From the NCBI GenBank assembly GCA_051003195.1, contig JBPCLP010000009.1:1-64000 (forward strand): a DNA stretch of 64,000 nucleotides, given 5' to 3'. The DNA comes from Candidatus Sumerlaeaceae bacterium (lineage in GTDB: Bacteria > Sumerlaeota > Sumerlaeia > Sumerlaeales > Sumerlaeaceae). The position numbers were made by a program, and so were the translations under genes. Shown here in pieces: positions 59,887 to 64,000 of this stretch; the first letter of the stretch is position 1; every line of letters starts with the position of its first letter. The notes below the pieces were generated by a model. It was given only the letters and a program-made list of their open reading frames with translations, ran no database searches and had not been told where the DNA came from.

Positions 59887-61185
59887 CTACTGCGGTGAAG
59901 AAGTTACCTGCGTTGCGACAGATGTAGAGGTCGAAGCTGCGTCGGCCACGGCCGGTGCGGGCGCGGCGGGCTTCACTTCGACCGCCTTGCCGTCGGGTCC
60001 GAGTTGCTTTGCGGCCGCGACAAATTTCGAGCCACGGACCTGGGCGACCTGCACGGGCTTTTTACAATCGCCTTCCGCATCAAAGAATGTTTTGCCGGTT
60101 AATCCGTCGTATGAGTGCTCAGGCGAATCCAGGCTCTTGAGGTATTGTAACACGGCGTCGCGCGTAAAGCCGTTCTTCTTAATTCCCTCACATACAATTG
60201 TGACGGCATCGTAGCCGAGCACTGCCCATGCGTCGGGGTCCTTGTCGAACTTGTTGCGGAATGCTGTAGCAAACTTTGCAGCTTTCTCGCCGCCAAGATC
60301 GAACAAGAACGGACATGTTACGTATGCGCCATCCGCGGCGGCCCCGCCCAGCGTGATGTATTGCTGGCTGAACACGCCATCGCCGCTCAGCAACTGTGCA
60401 CGAATGCCGAGATCGCGCGCCTGGCGGGCAATGTTGGCAGCTTCGTTGTACAGCCCGGCCACCAGTATGGCCTCTGGCTCCGGCTGTGCACCTTGTATCG
60501 TAGTCAACTGTGAACGGAAATCCGGCTGCTCCCTGTTGTAAGCTTGCTCGGCGACGATCTTCAGGCCCAATTCTAAAGCCTTCTTCCTGAAGCTGTCTTT
60601 CAGCCCGGCGCCGTAGTCGTCGTTGTCGAAAAGGATGGCGACGTTCTTCAGTCCCAGCACGTTGCCGGCATAAAGCGCGAGCGACTGCCCCTGAAAATCG
60701 TCGGTGAATATGTTGCGATAGACGTACTCGCTGTTTTTGGTAACTTCCACGTTGGTTGACCCGGGTGAAAACATAACCATCTTTGCCTGGCTATAAATCG
60801 GTTTCCCATTCAGCGAGCAGGAACTGTTGAAGTGTCCGATAACGGCAAGGATTGAATCGTCGCTGGCGATCGAGCTGGCAACCGTCTGTGCTTGGTCAGC
60901 CTTGCCGGCATCATCCTGTTCGTTGAGCTTCAATTGTCGCCCGTTAATTCCGCCGGCGGCGTTTAGCTCCTCGGCGAACACCTCCACGCCCATCTTGATC
61001 TGGGTACCAATTTCCGAGTTATTACCTGTAAGTGGCACCGCTACCGCCAGTGTGAAGGTCTGATCTGAGCCTCCGGCCGTGCCACTTGCGGAAGAGCTGC
61101 CCTGCTGGCCACTTTTGTCACATCCGCTGAATGTTGCCAGCACTCCCAACGTACCGAGAAACGCGAATCTTGACGCCACGCGCAT
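59887..61185 (-). CDS. branched-chain amino acid (LivJ-like) ABC substrate-binding lipoprotein (tandem paralog)
   Basis: FSGC lipobox; core nearly identical to the downstream paralog. Confidence 0.9.
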   Translation of the reverse strand: MRVASRFAFLGTLGVLATFSGCDKSGQQGSSSASGTAGGSDQTFTLAVAVPLTGNNSEIGTQIKMGVEVFAEELNAAGGINGRQLKLNEQDDAGKADQAQTVASSIASDDSILAVIGHFNSSCSLNGKPIYSQAKMVMFSPGSTNVEVTKNSEYVYRNIFTDDFQGQSLALYAGNVLGLKNVAILFDNDDYGAGLKDSFRKKALELGLKIVAEQAYNREQPDFRSQLTTIQGAQPEPEAILVAGLYNEAANIARQARDLGIRAQLLSGDGVFSQQYITLGGAAADGAYVTCPFLFDLGGEKAAKFATAFRNKFDKDPDAWAVLGYDAVTIVCEGIKKNGFTRDAVLQYLKSLDSPEHSYDGLTGKTFFDAEGDCKKPVQVAQVRGSKFVAAAKQLGPDGKAVEVKPAAPAPAVADAASTSTSVATQVTSSPQ

Positions 61186-61294
61186 ACATTCCTCTTTTCC
61201 TTTGTGTTTCGGCGGGATGTATGCAGGCCTCGCTTCAAGAACAAGTATTTTCTGCCAGCCGCCAACGCGCGTAGGTTTGCTGGTGTTAAGGAGA

Positions 61295-63295
61295 ATGGTG
61301 CAGATGTCGTGGCTGATGGTAATCAGGGGCCCAAGCGTCGGTGTCCGGTATGAACTTGGGGAGCGGACACGGATCGGCCGCCTCGGCGAGAACGAAATCC
61401 AGGTGGCAGACGCGAATGTCTCACGCGTGCACGCGGAGATCGTACAGGATCGAATCGCCTACACGATACACGACCGTGGATCCAAAAACGGCATCCTTGT
61501 TAACGGCGAAGAAGTGGCGGAAAAGGTGCTGCTACCAAATGACGAAATCCAGGTTGGTCACACAAGGTTTCTCTTTAGTTCCGACCTGACGATTCGAAAC
61601 GCACGCTTCTCAAACAATTCAGTTTACCTCTACCCGTCGAACCAGCAGGCGCTCAATGAGGCGCTGCAGCGCAGCTCGGTTGCCAAACTTTCCACCTCGG
61701 AGCAGAACTCGATCGACTTCTGTCTGCGTTTTGCGGACTTGTTTGCGGCACCACCGGCGCCCCTCGCCCAGTCTGCAGAGCGTCTCGTTGCGCAGATCGT
61801 CACGCTACTCAATGCCGATTCCGGGGTGCTCCTGATGCGCGAACCGCTGAATGGCGAAATGCGACCTGTCGTGGCCTTGCCGGTCGGCGAGCCTGTAGCC
61901 ATCAACAAAATGCTGGTCACAACCGTCGTCGACAAGCAACAGGCGCTGCTTTCGTCGGAAAGCATTGCACTGCCGCCGATGGCGGATGAAGACATGAATC
62001 CGGTGCCATCTCGGGGCAACCGGCAATCGTCCGCGGCTACACCGGATGCCACGGGAGCGCGGACTATTTCGTCGGACATCCTCGATGAGCTTACGAGCAC
62101 TCCACCGCCAACGATCGAGCCGGCCGCTCTGTCGACTTTGTATGCACCGGTGATTCAACAGGATGTTGTAACTGCGGTGCTTGTGGTTCAAAAAAAGCAG
62201 CTCGATTACTTTGCGCAGCGAGAACTCGGGCTTCTCCATGCCGTATCGAAACTGGCCGCAGGCACCATCGAGGCTGGCCGCGTCGTTGACCAGCTAAACT
62301 TGCGGACTGCAGCCCCCGCGGCCGAGCCCGGCGAGATCGAGGCTGGGGTGATGAACGCGACGCGCAGCCTTCGCATGCAGGAAATACTTAATGCTGCGCG
62401 CCGCACGGCTGAAAGCGATGTGACCGTTCTCATCACCGGGGAAACCGGCACTGGAAAAGAAATGCTGGCCCGGCACATTCATCTCCACAGTTCCCGGTCG
62501 AGGGGTCCGTTTGTTGCGATTAACTGCGGTACCGTACCACCGAACCAGTTCGAGGGTGAACTTTTCGGTTACGAAAAAGGTGCCTTTGCCGGCGCGGCTC
62601 GCACGACTGCGGGAAAGGTGGAAGCTGCACAGGGCGGCACGCTTTTCATCGACGAAGTTGCGGAGCTGGATCTTACGCTTCAGCCAAAGCTGCTGCGCTT
62701 TCTGCAGGACAAGGCTTTTTTTCGTGTCGGCGGAACGCGCGCGATCGATGCAAACGTGCGAATCATTGCTGCGACAAACGAGGACCTTGCCGCCGCCGTT
62801 CGGGCGGGTCAGTTCCGCGAGGACCTTTGGTACCGATTGAATGTGGTACCGTTCCACGTATCTCCGCTGCGCGAGCGGCGCGAGGATATTGGTCAGCTCG
62901 TAGATTTCCTGGTTTCGAGACACTCGGCAAAGTTGAATCGCCGGGTGCTCGGCGCAAACGACGGTGCGCTGGCGCTGCTCCAGAAGTACGACTGGCCAGG
63001 CAATATACGCGAACTCGAAAATGCGGTCGAGCGGGCTGTGTTGCTGGCAGACGGCAAAATATTAACGACTGCGGATTTCGCGCACATTGAGGAAGCCAGG
63101 CGCCGTGCGCAGGAGCAGGCCGATTTGGAGCGCAAACGCGAGACCAAGCCGCTGACAGAAGTGGAGCGCCAGCACATCATCGTCGCACTCAAGAAGTTTA
63201 ACTATAACCAGGCACGCGCCGCCGATGCACTAGGTCTGCACCGAAACACGCTGCGAAATAAGATCATGGAGTACGGGATCGAGATTCCGAAGTAA
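61295..63295 (+). CDS. FHA-GAF-AAA+-Fis HTH sigma54-type enhancer-binding protein
   Basis: IGR..VSRVHA..SKNG (FHA); GETGTGKE, FIDEV, FREDLWYRLN, WPGNIREL; NQARAADALGLHRNTL. Confidence 0.92.
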   Translation: MVQMSWLMVIRGPSVGVRYELGERTRIGRLGENEIQVADANVSRVHAEIVQDRIAYTIHDRGSKNGILVNGEEVAEKVLLPNDEIQVGHTRFLFSSDLTIRNARFSNNSVYLYPSNQQALNEALQRSSVAKLSTSEQNSIDFCLRFADLFAAPPAPLAQSAERLVAQIVTLLNADSGVLLMREPLNGEMRPVVALPVGEPVAINKMLVTTVVDKQQALLSSESIALPPMADEDMNPVPSRGNRQSSAATPDATGARTISSDILDELTSTPPPTIEPAALSTLYAPVIQQDVVTAVLVVQKKQLDYFAQRELGLLHAVSKLAAGTIEAGRVVDQLNLRTAAPAAEPGEIEAGVMNATRSLRMQEILNAARRTAESDVTVLITGETGTGKEMLARHIHLHSSRSRGPFVAINCGTVPPNQFEGELFGYEKGAFAGAARTTAGKVEAAQGGTLFIDEVAELDLTLQPKLLRFLQDKAFFRVGGTRAIDANVRIIAATNEDLAAAVRAGQFREDLWYRLNVVPFHVSPLRERREDIGQLVDFLVSRHSAKLNRRVLGANDGALALLQKYDWPGNIRELENAVERAVLLADGKILTTADFAHIEEARRRAQEQADLERKRETKPLTEVERQHIIVALKKFNYNQARAADALGLHRNTLRNKIMEYGIEIPK

Positions 63296-63359
63296 CTATT
63301 AGTAAGGCTTTGCTCAGTTACAAACGCATTCGGCGACCTTCCGCATCATGCCCCGATTG

Positions 63360-63989
63360 TTACTTTTCCGGGGCCCCACCTGAAGCCGATCCATTACCAG
63401 ACCCCGACCCCGACCCCGTTCCCGGTGCGGGCAATGGCGTGGCACGCGCAGGCGCTACTGCATTCTCCTTCGCTTCGCCCACTTCGGCTGTACCCAGGCC
63501 GCCGCCAGTAATCAACACGCCCCCGCGTTCAGCATAGGAGCTGAACGGAATGATCACAGGCTCAATAACACGTAAACCCTGCGGATAGCCGTAGCGCATA
63601 TTCGCCGTGATGCCAAGATCCCCCTGGTTGTACGCCAGTGCGTGGCTGCGGGGCGGAACGCTGCTCTGGTATCCGCGTGGCGAACCGAAAAACCACCCGC
63701 TGATGCCGGCATACTGGTAATAGGGTGTAGCCAGCACACAAAGTGCGTACGGGTACTGGCGCGGGTTCTCGAACAAACTCGTCAGATGTGGTGTGTAGGC
63801 AGGAGCGTAGGACCGCCGCGCAAACGATGAGTAGTTGAAGTACTCATTGTACGGTACACCAATTTCCGACGCTCCCGTGGCGGGCAGCAATACAGGAACC
63901 TGAACGGCAACTGCGGGTGCGGCGACTGCCGCCGGTGCGGCGGCCTCTGCTCCCGCAAGCACAGCAGTTGCTGAGCTGCACGCTGCCAT
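63360..63989 (-). CDS. hypothetical exported protein (may begin beyond the window edge)
   Basis: Ala-rich N-terminus, Tyr-rich middle, Pro/Gly tail. Confidence 0.5.
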   Translation of the reverse strand: MAACSSATAVLAGAEAAAPAAVAAPAVAVQVPVLLPATGASEIGVPYNEYFNYSSFARRSYAPAYTPHLTSLFENPRQYPYALCVLATPYYQYAGISGWFFGSPRGYQSSVPPRSHALAYNQGDLGITANMRYGYPQGLRVIEPVIIPFSSYAERGGVLITGGGLGTAEVGEAKENAVAPARATPLPAPGTGSGSGSGNGSASGGAPEK

Positions 63990-64000
63990 GGCGGTAGCCA

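Overview
A GC-rich bacterial chromosomal window, mostly housekeeping and secreted carbohydrate-active genes. These include GH38, GH99/WbsX-like, heparinase II/III-like, GH20, an S1/P1 nuclease, AsmA-like, FG-GAP and PpiC proteins, recX, ogt, rfbB, relA/spoT, ppdK, uvrD/pcrA, ABC transporters, tRNA-Ser(GGA) and an FHA-GAF-AAA+ regulator. C-terminal peptide motifs on secreted proteins suggest Candidatus Sumerlaeota (inference only). Main observations: (1) a complete IS110 element (33-1520) whose left end folds like a bridge RNA, with all four guide segments matching the two element junctions and defining a TC core; (2) a four-helix-bundle (Avd/IVP-like) gene enclosed by inverted heptamer-based repeats, with tandem copies of its 3' end and an adjacent internally deleted copy; (3) a dispersed family of CYAGTGTG-N10-AGTTC ends, REP-like palindromes and 6-9 bp periodic repeats, two of them translated in frame inside an oxidoreductase; (4) a PPDK with a histone-H1-like tail and an AAA+ activator carrying GAFAGA instead of GAFTGA. 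All calls were made by eye; no searches were run.
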